A stretch of 64,000 bases of DNA from an uncultured Verrucomicrobiae bacterium. Its GTDB lineage: Bacteria > Verrucomicrobiota > Verrucomicrobiia > Chthoniobacterales > UBA10450. The translations under genes were made by a program, and so were the position numbers. Below the pieces are notes generated by a model. It did no database searches and had not been told where the DNA came from. It saw only the letters and a program-made list of their open reading frames with translations. Each line of letters opens with the position of its first letter. The first letter of the stretch is position 1. The stretch lies in the NCBI GenBank assembly GCA_963834385.1, contig CAWIBO010000002.1:512001-576000 (forward strand), in the 5' to 3' direction. Of the stretch, positions 39,926 through 50,073 are shown piece by piece.

Positions 39926-40636
39926 TCAGGGACGGCGCGGCGCCGGCGACGTTTTGCCGCCAGACTGTCCCGGTTTTTTGCCGCCGAGGATGTCGGGCAT
40001 CTTCATTTCCTTGTAATTCGCCGGGACGGTAAACTCCGTCTCGTCCAGCGGTTCCTGGCTCACCGAGACGATTGTGGTCGTCATTTCCTGCGCGCCCATT
40101 TTGACTTTCGTGCGCAACGGGAGCCCCGGGAAATCGCGAAAATCCGGAATCCCCAGCGCTCCCTGCGGCACGTTCCCGGGGGTGGCGGAGGAAAGCTGGC
40201 GGATGATCTCGCGAGCATTTGGAAAATCCTTCGCGATCCAGTAGGTGGCCTTGAAAGAGGGACTTTCGTAGGTGTATTCCGCGGTCTCATGCCCGTCGAT
40301 GGTCTCGGTCCGTCCGGTCGCCGTGAGCTTGGGTCGGGGGGCGGGGCTGGTCGCGGCCTCGAGCACGCCGGCCAGCGCCTTGGTCTGGGCGCCGGAAATC
40401 CGGACCACCTCGCGGGTGTCGTTTTTCAGGTAAAGAATGTCGCCGCTGGCGCTGTCGATGATGGCCGTCGGCTGCGGGGGCGCCTCCATCCGCACCTTGG
40501 TGCCCTTGATCTTGATGGTCATGTTGGAGAAGGGACCGGCCCCTTCCGCTTTCTGCACAATGGTGAGATCAGCCTGCGCGAGGGTCGGCAGGAACGTGCA
40601 GAGCGCGAGGGCGGCGAGCAGACCAGGACGGGGCAT
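39926..40636 (-). CDS. Secreted DUF4412-like protein
   Basis: Signal peptide; TGRTETIDGHETAEY..W..GLPLRT..FTVPANY. Confidence 0.7.
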   Translation of the reverse strand: MPRPGLLAALALCTFLPTLAQADLTIVQKAEGAGPFSNMTIKIKGTKVRMEAPPQPTAIIDSASGDILYLKNDTREVVRISGAQTKALAGVLEAATSPAPRPKLTATGRTETIDGHETAEYTYESPSFKATYWIAKDFPNAREIIRQLSSATPGNVPQGALGIPDFRDFPGLPLRTKVKMGAQEMTTTIVSVSQEPLDETEFTVPANYKEMKMPDILGGKKPGQSGGKTSPAPRRP

Positions 40637-40743
40637 GGGCTTTTAGCTAGCGGCGGATGGCAAAATAGCAAGCGGCCGCGGGCCGGGACGGCGCAAAAAC
40701 CGCTTGGCAGCGCCCGGGCGGCGCGGCACGTTAGCGCTCGGTC

Positions 40744-40814
40744 GCGGGTGTAGCTTAATGGTAAAGCTGTAGCCTTCCAAGCTACTGACGAGGGTTCGAT
40801 TCCCTTCACCCGCT
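40744..40814 (+). tRNA. tRNA-Gly(UCC), CCA not encoded
   Basis: Acceptor gcgggtg/cacccgc; anticodon arm gtagc-ctTCCaa-gctac; T-arm gagggttcgattccctt. Confidence 0.95.
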
Positions 40815-40899
40815 CTCCTCTCCACGCTAATTGTGTTGACGGGAAGGCCAGGGAAGGCTTACAAGCCGATGTAATTTCGGCAGAACCAAGGGGAGCTTT

Positions 40900-41553
40900 A
40901 TGAACACTATTTCCGGGAATTTCACTCTGCGCGCCGCCGCGGCCTTTCTTTCCATCATCGCACTGGGCGCCGGGTTCTGGTCGAGCACCAGCCAGGCGGA
41001 GGAAACACCCAAGCCCCTCGCGATGATCGAAACCTACCTCACCCCGATCGGGAAGACGGTGGCGAACGCGACCAAGGAACAGCTGCTCGACGCCGTCTGC
41101 CAGGCGGTCAAACGCTGGAAAGCTTCCGCCCCGCAGATCGTCCGCGCCGCGGCCGAGGCCCGCCCGGAACTCAAAAAGGATATCCTGGAAACAGCCTACC
41201 GCTGCCTCGGGTCGGACGATTGCAACCTGCTCGATGAAATTCTTGATGCCCTGACCAATCTCTTCCCGAAGGAGGCCGCCGCGCTGACCGGCTGGGCCGC
41301 TGATTTTGCTCCCGGTTGCACTGACGCTTTTGGCGCGACTGCCGACGACGGCCGGTTCGGGCAGACGCCAGGCAATCAGAACCCGCCCCCGGGATCGATC
41401 GGCGGCGGTGGCGGCGGCTCGACCAATCTCGTGGCGGTCTGCCGCAATGGAGAGACCGTTTTTGTCACGCCCGACAAGGCGGAGGAAATCCTGCGGGACG
41501 ATCCGGGCGCGACCCTGGGCCCGTGCCAGGTGACCCCAGTGACCAATCCGTAG
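40900..41553 (+). CDS. Hypothetical exported Cys-containing protein
   Basis: RBS gggag; signal peptide ..STSQA; six Cys; poly-Gly linker. Confidence 0.7.
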   Translation: MNTISGNFTLRAAAAFLSIIALGAGFWSSTSQAEETPKPLAMIETYLTPIGKTVANATKEQLLDAVCQAVKRWKASAPQIVRAAAEARPELKKDILETAYRCLGSDDCNLLDEILDALTNLFPKEAAALTGWAADFAPGCTDAFGATADDGRFGQTPGNQNPPPGSIGGGGGGSTNLVAVCRNGETVFVTPDKAEEILRDDPGATLGPCQVTPVTNP

Positions 41554-41571
41554 AGCGAAAGTCACTCGGTG

Positions 41572-41612
41572 AAGGCCGTTGCGAGAAAAGGTCGCAACGG
41601 CCTTTCGCTTTT
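41572..41612 (+). terminator. Hairpin / likely terminator
   Basis: aaggccgttgcga-gaaaagg-tcgcaacggcctt followed by tcgctttt. Confidence 0.65.
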
Positions 41613-41632
41613 CCGAACCGCGAGCCCAGAGC

Positions 41633-43495
41633 ATGACGAATCCAGCGGCTGAGCCCCACCGGGCTGGAACCATCCTCGGCACCGCGGCGGAGGTTGTCTG
41701 CCTGCTGCTGCTCGGCGCCGCCCTCGCCCTGGGCCAGGCGCTGATCGGCGGCACCCGGGCGGTCTTCGCCCTGCCGGTCTACGCCGTGGTCGGCCTGGCC
41801 GGCGTGCTCTCCCTGCTGGCCCTGGCGAAAAAACGTCCGCCGCCCGACTCGCTTTGTCTCTGGGCCACCCTTCTCTTTTTCGGCTACATCGCGACCCGCG
41901 CCCTCACCTCGCCGGTGATTTACCTGGCGCGAGCCGATCTTTGGTCGGTCCTCGCCGGACTGGTGGTCTACTTCCTCGTCGCAGGAGTGCTGGTCAGCGC
42001 GCGCCAGCGGCTCTGGTTGCTCGCGGGCCTTCTCTTCCTCGGGCTGGCTCACGTGGGCGTGGGCGCCCTTCAGTTTCGCGACGGCAACAACTTCATGCCG
42101 ATCCATTTTTTGCAACGGTTCGATTACGGCCGGCGCGCCAGTGGTTTCTACATCTGCCCGAACCACCTCGCCGGGCTGCTCGAGGTCATCGCCCTCATGG
42201 GCCTTAGCGTCGTCTGTTGGAGCCGTTGGCCGGCCTGGAGCAAGCTTCTTCTCGGTTACGCCGTGGCCGTGGCCTTTGCCGGTCTCCTTCTGACCGGAAG
42301 CCGCGGCGGTTACCTGAGCGCCCTGGCCGGCCTGGCCGTTTTTGGCCTGCTCAGCCTCCGACTTCTCCGCGAGGCCGGCGGAGCCCTTTTCTGGCGACTC
42401 GCCCTCTCCGGGGCAGCGCTCGTGGTGGTGGCGGGCACGCTTGTTTTCATCAGTCTCCGCAGCAGCGAAGTTTTGCGTCAGCGCGCCGGGACCACCTTCG
42501 ACGCCGAGAATGTCCGGCTCGACCTCTGGCGCGCCGGCGTCGAACAATGGAAGCTGCAGCCGGTCTGGGGCACCGGCAGCGGCACCTACCTCTTCTACGG
42601 CCGCCAGTTTCGGAGCGAACGCGTGCAGCGCGATCCGGTCTACGCGCATAACGATTATGTCCAGCTCCTGGCTGAATACGGCCTCGCGGGCGCCGTGACC
42701 TGCCTGGTCTTCCTCGGGTTCCACCTGCGGCGGGGCCTCAAAAATTTTCAACGCCTCGGACCCGACCGCCTGGCCATCGCTCCCGCCCTGCTCAGCAACG
42801 CCATGGCGCTCAACATCGGGGCCCTCGCGGCCACGGCCACCTATCTCGTCCATTCGGTCTTCGACTTTAACCTGCACATCGCGGCCAACGTCCTCCTCCT
42901 CGCCTTCGTTTTCGGCGTTCTGGCCAACGACGGCGTTTTTCGCTCACGCGAGCGGCGCGGCCGGTGGCACCCGGCCTGGGCCGGCCTTCCCGCGCTTCTC
43001 GGGCTCCTGCTTCTTTTTCTGGCCTGGCGCCATTTCCCGGTGGAACGCGAAGGAGAGCTGGCCCGGACCTCCCTGCGCGACCAGCAGCCGGTCCGCGCCG
43101 CCTATTATGCGCGCCGCGCCCTCGCCCAGGAAACGCGAAATCCCCTGTTCTTCGACTATCTCGGGACCGCCCACCAGCGCCAGGCGGAGGCGCTCGCCGA
43201 CGAAACCATGGCGCGTTCGTTCTACGAGGCTGCGCTCCCACCCTTCCGGCGCGCCCTCGAGCTGGCCCCCCGCGACGCCACCTACGCCATCGACGTCGGC
43301 TTTGTCCTCGACCGCCTCGGGCGACATGAGGAAGCGACCCCTTTTTACGAACTGGCCCGGTCGCTGGACCCGCGCTCGGACTCGGTCCGCCGTTACTACG
43401 AGGCCCATCTGGCCCAACGGAAAAACGGGGCCCTCAGACCCGAAAAGGGCGGCCCGGCCAGGGCGTTACCTCCTTCCGCTAGAGAGAGAAAATGA
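41633..43495 (+). CDS. O-antigen ligase / Wzy_C-family membrane protein with C-terminal TPR
   Basis: Multiple TMs, PNHLAG, TGSRGG, R..LW..G.G, AHNDYVQLLAEYG, HS.FDFN; TPR-like tail. Confidence 0.85.
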   Translation: MTNPAAEPHRAGTILGTAAEVVCLLLLGAALALGQALIGGTRAVFALPVYAVVGLAGVLSLLALAKKRPPPDSLCLWATLLFFGYIATRALTSPVIYLARADLWSVLAGLVVYFLVAGVLVSARQRLWLLAGLLFLGLAHVGVGALQFRDGNNFMPIHFLQRFDYGRRASGFYICPNHLAGLLEVIALMGLSVVCWSRWPAWSKLLLGYAVAVAFAGLLLTGSRGGYLSALAGLAVFGLLSLRLLREAGGALFWRLALSGAALVVVAGTLVFISLRSSEVLRQRAGTTFDAENVRLDLWRAGVEQWKLQPVWGTGSGTYLFYGRQFRSERVQRDPVYAHNDYVQLLAEYGLAGAVTCLVFLGFHLRRGLKNFQRLGPDRLAIAPALLSNAMALNIGALAATATYLVHSVFDFNLHIAANVLLLAFVFGVLANDGVFRSRERRGRWHPAWAGLPALLGLLLLFLAWRHFPVEREGELARTSLRDQQPVRAAYYARRALAQETRNPLFFDYLGTAHQRQAEALADETMARSFYEAALPPFRRALELAPRDATYAIDVGFVLDRLGRHEEATPFYELARSLDPRSDSVRRYYEAHLAQRKNGALRPEKGGPARALPPSARERK

Positions 43496-43586
43496 TTGCC
43501 GAGCAAGACGGAGGCATCTAACCTCCCCTCGCGTGGCGTTGACCAAAAGCGGTACAAACTTTCGATATTGGGAAATTATAAGGGGC

Positions 43587-44867
43587 ATGATATTTCAGAT
43601 AACACGCGTTGCGTTCGTCCTGTCGCTTTTTGCCGCCCTGCTTCTCTCGCCCAGTCTCCGCGCGGGCGAGCAGGAACTGAGCACGACCACCGAGACTTCC
43701 GCAGCGGTGGAGGATCCCGGCACGGGCAATTTTCAATCCTTCCCTTTCAAGATCACTGCGACGATCCGCGGCGGTTACGACGACAACGTCTACTCCACGA
43801 CCACGGATGAGGAGGAGTCGTTCTTCAGCAACGTGTCGCTCGGGCTGGAATACGATTTCGGGAGTCCCCGGACGAAGCTGAGCCTCCGCAGCGGCGCCGG
43901 CTTCACCTATTATTGGGACGCAGGGGAAAGCGGTTTCGGGAGCGATGACGAATACGATGTCAACGCGTTCCTCGGGTTTAACCTGACCCACCGGGCCTCC
44001 GCCCGCCTGACCCTGTCGGCTTCGGTCTACCTGACCTACCAGTCGGCCCCTGATTTTGCCGCGCTTACGACCGGACTGGGCATCGCCACGCGCAGTCGTG
44101 ATTTCTTTTACACGGTGGACAAGTTCACTGCGGCCTACATGTGGACCCCGCGTTTCTCCACCGCGACCAGTTACACCTTTGGCGGCATCTGGTACGACGA
44201 CCGCGTCATCTCCAGTTTTGAGGACCGGTATGAACACACGATCGGAAACGAATTCCGCTACCTGATCTGGCCCACCACCACGGTGGTGGCGGAATACCGT
44301 TATGGCATGGTCGATTATCACGACGGCGACTCGCGTGATTCCATGTCGCATTACGCGCTGGCCGGGTTCGACCACAGTTTCAACCCGCGTTTCAACGCCT
44401 CGCTCCGGGCGGGCGTGGAGTTCCGGCGCTACGACATGAACGATCCGACTGACGGTTATACCGGGGGCGGCCGGACCCATCCCTATGCCGAGGCGACCCT
44501 GACCTATGCCCTGGGCCAGAACACCTCGCTCTCGTGGCTGAACCGCTACGCGCTCGAGCAGCCCGATTTCGCCGAGGCCCTTGGACGCACGACCTACCGC
44601 ACCGGCCTTTCGGTCCGCCACAACTGGACGGCCCGCATCAGCACGGCCCTGGGGGCTTTTTATCAGCACGACACCAACGATCAGACCCTGTTTGGGGTCA
44701 GCGACTTCGAGGAGGACGCGATCGACCTGACGCTCTCGGCCCGCTACGCGTTCAACCGGAATTTTGCCATCGAGGGCGGCTACCACCACACCGACATCTG
44801 GTCGGACGTTCTCTTTCGTGAATACACGCGCAACCGCTACTGGCTGGGAGCGGTCGCGACGTTCTAG
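43587..44867 (+). CDS. Outer-membrane beta-barrel of an EPS export locus
   Basis: Signal peptide; GYDDNV motif; alternating aromatic strands; ends YTRNRYWLGAVATF; lies upstream of wzc. Confidence 0.78.
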   Translation: MIFQITRVAFVLSLFAALLLSPSLRAGEQELSTTTETSAAVEDPGTGNFQSFPFKITATIRGGYDDNVYSTTTDEEESFFSNVSLGLEYDFGSPRTKLSLRSGAGFTYYWDAGESGFGSDDEYDVNAFLGFNLTHRASARLTLSASVYLTYQSAPDFAALTTGLGIATRSRDFFYTVDKFTAAYMWTPRFSTATSYTFGGIWYDDRVISSFEDRYEHTIGNEFRYLIWPTTTVVAEYRYGMVDYHDGDSRDSMSHYALAGFDHSFNPRFNASLRAGVEFRRYDMNDPTDGYTGGGRTHPYAEATLTYALGQNTSLSWLNRYALEQPDFAEALGRTTYRTGLSVRHNWTARISTALGAFYQHDTNDQTLFGVSDFEEDAIDLTLSARYAFNRNFAIEGGYHHTDIWSDVLFREYTRNRYWLGAVATF

Positions 44868-44942
44868 GGATCGAGGGTTAGGCCGGCTTTTTGCTTAGCA
44901 GAGCTTTCTGCATACATTCGCTGCCCGACGCCGGGAGTTTCC

Positions 44943-47091
44943 ATGCCGCAAACAGAAGAAGTAAAACTCCATTTCCTAGATTACTGGCGCGTCATCCGCG
45001 TGCGCTGGATTCTCATTCTTCTGGCGTTTCTGCTGGTTGTCATCACCGCCGCGGTCGTGACCTATTTCCAGCCGCGGCTTTACCAGTCTTCCGTCTTTAT
45101 CGAGGTCAAATCGACCGCGGCCAATCCCCGCATCTTCAGCGGGGGCGACCCCAACCAGCCGGCCTACGATCCGCAGCTCGCGCCGACGGTTTACCAGATC
45201 ATTCAGCGCACCGGCATTCTTTACCCGGTGATCGAGTCGCTCAAGCTGCAGGATCGCTGGGCCCGGGATGGCCAGCGCCCCACCCGGGAGCAGGCCTACC
45301 TCCGCCTGCGCGGCATGCTCGACGTGGATGAGGTGCGCAACACCGCCCTGCTCCAGATCAGCGTGCTGAACCAGAATCCGCAGGAGGCCGCCGAGATCGC
45401 GAACAAGATCGTCGAGGTCTACCAGGATACGCGCGTCCTGGAAGAGAAGGAGATTCTCAATCGCGCCGTCTCGACCATGAACGAGGAGGTCGTGAAACAG
45501 CAACGGAAGGTGGAGGAAGCGGCCACGGAGGTGGCGCGTATTCGCGACCAGGAAGGAATCATCGACCTCAACCCCGAAGGAACCGAGGACGCGCAGTCTC
45601 CCGTGAACTCGATTGTCCTGAAGCAGGAGACGGAGCTGAACGACGCCGAGACGAACGTGGCCGTCCTGCGCACCAAGCTGGAGCAGATCGAGCAGCTCAA
45701 GGGCGAAGACCTCATGCGGATGATGCCGACGCTCAAGATCGACGATCCGACGATTCAGAAAATCCTGCCCAATTACCAGGACGCGGTGGCGCAGGAAGCT
45801 CTCCTGCTCAACTCCGGCCTGGGCGAGAACCATCCGCGGGTGAAGGCGCTCCGCGCAACCAAGGATGTCTACACGCAGCAGCTCGAGGAACAGGTCGGGA
45901 TCATCCGCAGCGCCCTGGAGAAAAACCTCTCCACCGCCGAGACCACCCGCGACCAGCTCAAGAAGCGTCTCGAGGAAATCAACCAGCGCCAGCTCTCCGG
46001 CAAGAATGCCAGCGCCGATTACACCCGGGCCAAGAACACCTACATCAAGGAAAAGACGCTCCTCGACGGGGTGCGCATGCGCTCGCAGAGCCAGGCCATG
46101 GAGCTGGCCATGCCTCGTCAGGCCGTGAGCGTGAAACAGGTGGCCGAGCCGCCCAGCTATCCCGCTCGTCCGCGCGTTACGCTTAATCTCGCCCTTGGCG
46201 CGCTCGTCGGCCTCGTCATCGGCCTCGGCCTCGCCTTCTTCATCGAGTATCTCGACACCAGTGTGAAAACGATGGAGGACGTCGAGAACCATCTCGGGGT
46301 TCCGGTCCTCGCCATCATCCCCAAGAACATCAAGATCCTGCACCGCGAGCCCGGGGACACGCCCGACGCCGAAGCCTACCGGATCCTGCGCACTAACATC
46401 GAATTCAACCGCAAGAGTCCCGAGGCCAACACCTTCTCCCTCGTTAGCGGCGGGCCCGGCGAAGGCAAATCAACTTCCATCGCCAACCTTGCCTTCATCT
46501 CCGCCCAGGGCGGTTATTCCACCCTCATCGTCGACGCCGATCTCCGGCGCCCAACCCAGCACTCCATTTTCGAGGTCAGCAACCAGGTCGGCTTGACCAA
46601 CTACCTGACCACCGATATTTCGCTGACCGACGTCATTCTCCCCACCAACGGTCGAGAATCTTTCCCTGCTTCCCAGCGGCGTGCTCCCGGCGGACGCGGT
46701 CGGCATCCTGAACTCGCAGCGGATGTCCGACATGATTGCGGAACTGAAACTGGCGTATGACATCGTCTTTTTCGATTCACCCCCGATCCTGGGGGTGAGC
46801 GACGCCTCCGTCCTGGCGAGCGAGGTCGACTACACCATCATGGTGGTGCAGCATCGCCGGTTCCCGCGCGCCATGCTCACCCGGGTCAAGCAGGCGGTGC
46901 AAAGCGTGGGCGGCTCGCTCCTCGGCGTGATCCTGAACAACGTCGACCTGAAGCACGACCAGAATTACTACTACTACACAAACTACTACGGCTACTACCA
47001 GACGCGCGACGGCGGGACCGCCCGCGCTTCCCGCCGGAAAGCCGCGCCGGCCACCGCCAGCAACGGGGCTTCCGAGCCCGAAGAATACTAA
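44943..47091 (+). CDS. wzc: Polysaccharide co-polymerase / BY-kinase (Wzc-like); apparent +1 frameshift near 46646-46650
   Basis: Wzz N-terminus, coiled coil, second TM, EAYRILRTN, Walker A GEGKST, DADLRRP, FDSPP, Tyr cluster NYYYYTNYYGYY. Confidence 0.88.
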
Positions 47092-47645
47092 TGCCGCCAC
47101 GCCTTCTCCTTTCTCTCCTCCTGCTCCTCGCCGCGCTCCCGGGTGCGCTCGGGCAGGCCGTGCTTCGTGTCGGTGACCCGGTCGAGCTCAAGGTCAGCGG
47201 TGTCCCGGCCGAGGAACAGGCGCAGGTGAACAACACCTACACGGTCGACACCAGCGGCTCCATCAACCTGCCTTTCATCAACAAGGTCCGCGCCCAGGGG
47301 CTGACCCCGGCCCAGCTTTCCTCCGCCATCGAGGGCGCCTATCGCTCCGAGAAGATCTACACCAATCCCACCATCACCATCGTGATGCAGCCGACCGCCC
47401 GCTTCGTCAACATCGGCGGCGCCGTGCGCAGCCCGTCGCGCATCCCTTTCACGGAGGACATGACCCTGCTCACGGCCATCAACGCCGCGGGGGGATTCAA
47501 CGATTTTGCCGACCAGAAACGGGTGCGTCTTCTGCGCGGCGATGACGTCACCATTTACGACGTCCGCCAGTTTCGGCGCGATCCCTCCAAGGATGTCCAG
47601 CTTCAGCCGGGCGACCGCGTTGAGGTCCCGCAGAGCTTCTTCTAA
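47091..47645 (+). CDS. Short OPX (Wza-like) polysaccharide export protein (Poly_export plus SLBB)
   Basis: LRVGD..V..SGSINLPFI..GLT..GAVRSP..AINAAGGF..LQPGD; 184 aa. Confidence 0.85.
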   Translation: MPPRLLLSLLLLLAALPGALGQAVLRVGDPVELKVSGVPAEEQAQVNNTYTVDTSGSINLPFINKVRAQGLTPAQLSSAIEGAYRSEKIYTNPTITIVMQPTARFVNIGGAVRSPSRIPFTEDMTLLTAINAAGGFNDFADQKRVRLLRGDDVTIYDVRQFRRDPSKDVQLQPGDRVEVPQSFF

Positions 47646-47662
47646 CCGGCGGACTTCTCCCG

Positions 47663-48238
47663 TCAGTTCTGCGCGATCAACTCGCGATGGCGCCAGACGT
47701 ACCGGAGCCCGGAATAGAGCGTCAAAACAACGACGATCCAGATAAGGGTCGGGCCGGCGGTGTACCACGCTTCGCGCCACCAGGGCGTTCCCTGGCCGGC
47801 GTAGCCGAGCTCGATCACCGTCATCAGGGCAAGGAAGAAGATGATCGTGACCATCTGCCACGAAGTCTTGTGCTTGCCGAGCCGTTCCGCCGGCAGGACC
47901 CGTCCCTGGGCGCTCGCCAGGAGCCGCAGGCCCGTGATCAAAAACTCGCGCGAGACCACCACGGTGGCCGCCCACGCCGGGATTGCCTTGAACGGCACCA
48001 GGCAGATAAAAGCGGCTGCCACCATGATCTTGTCCACCAGCGGATCCATCAGCTTGCCGAAGTTCGTCACCGTGGCGTAACGGCGCGCAATCTCCCCGTC
48101 AAAAAAGTCGGTGATCCCGGCGATGATGAAAAGAATCAGGGCGATGGTCCGGCCGTAGGCCCACGGTGAGTTCAGGGCCAGGACAAAGAGCACGGTCAGA
48201 AAGAGCCGGCTCATGGTAAGACGATTCGCCCAGTTCAT
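47663..48238 (-). CDS. pgsA: CDP-diacylglycerol--glycerol-3-phosphate 3-phosphatidyltransferase
   Basis: ANRLTMSR, TDFFDGEIAR..FGKLMDPLVDK, REFLITGLR. Confidence 0.93.
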   Translation of the reverse strand: MNWANRLTMSRLFLTVLFVLALNSPWAYGRTIALILFIIAGITDFFDGEIARRYATVTNFGKLMDPLVDKIMVAAAFICLVPFKAIPAWAATVVVSREFLITGLRLLASAQGRVLPAERLGKHKTSWQMVTIIFFLALMTVIELGYAGQGTPWWREAWYTAGPTLIWIVVVLTLYSGLRYVWRHRELIAQN

Positions 48239-48321
48239 CCGGCTAAAAGAAAATTGCCATACTCCTGCCCAGGATGGAGTCTGCTGTGACGCGCCTCCCG
48301 GACATCAAGAAGAACCCGAAA

Positions 48322-49800
<1,479 letters not shown>

Positions 49801-49803
49801 CGT

Positions 49804-50028
49804 ATGACCTACCTCTACGAAACCACCGACCCGAAAAAACCGGTGCGACGGTTTGAAGTCGTGCAAAGCATGAAGGACGAACCGCTCCGGACCGATCCGG
49901 AAACCGGCGAGCCGGTCCGGCGCGTCATCACCGGCGGCTCCGGTATTCTCATTCCCGGCGGATCAGCCGGGCCCTCCGTCGGCTCGGTCGGCTCCCACGG
50001 CTGCGGCTCGGGCTGCGGCTGTCACTAG
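49804..50028 (+). CDS. FmdB-like zinc-ribbon small protein (canonical Cys absent)
   Basis: MxYxYE..FEVVQSMKDEPL..P..G..VRRVI; C-terminal HGCGSGCGCH. Confidence 0.72.
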   Translation: MTYLYETTDPKKPVRRFEVVQSMKDEPLRTDPETGEPVRRVITGGSGILIPGGSAGPSVGSVGSHGCGSGCGCH

Positions 50029-50073
50029 ACCGGACGGCCGGCTTGCGCGCCGGGACCTTCGCAGGCCGCCCGC

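Noticed and set aside
32109..40814. Genomic island integrated at tRNA-Lys or tRNA-Gly
   Set aside because: No duplicated tRNA 3' end, no integrase and no compositional shift seen.
46640..46760. Programmed frameshifting or a naturally split Wzc (also considered for the other split genes)
   Set aside because: The break falls inside the kinase domain with no slippery heptamer; an indel error is more parsimonious.
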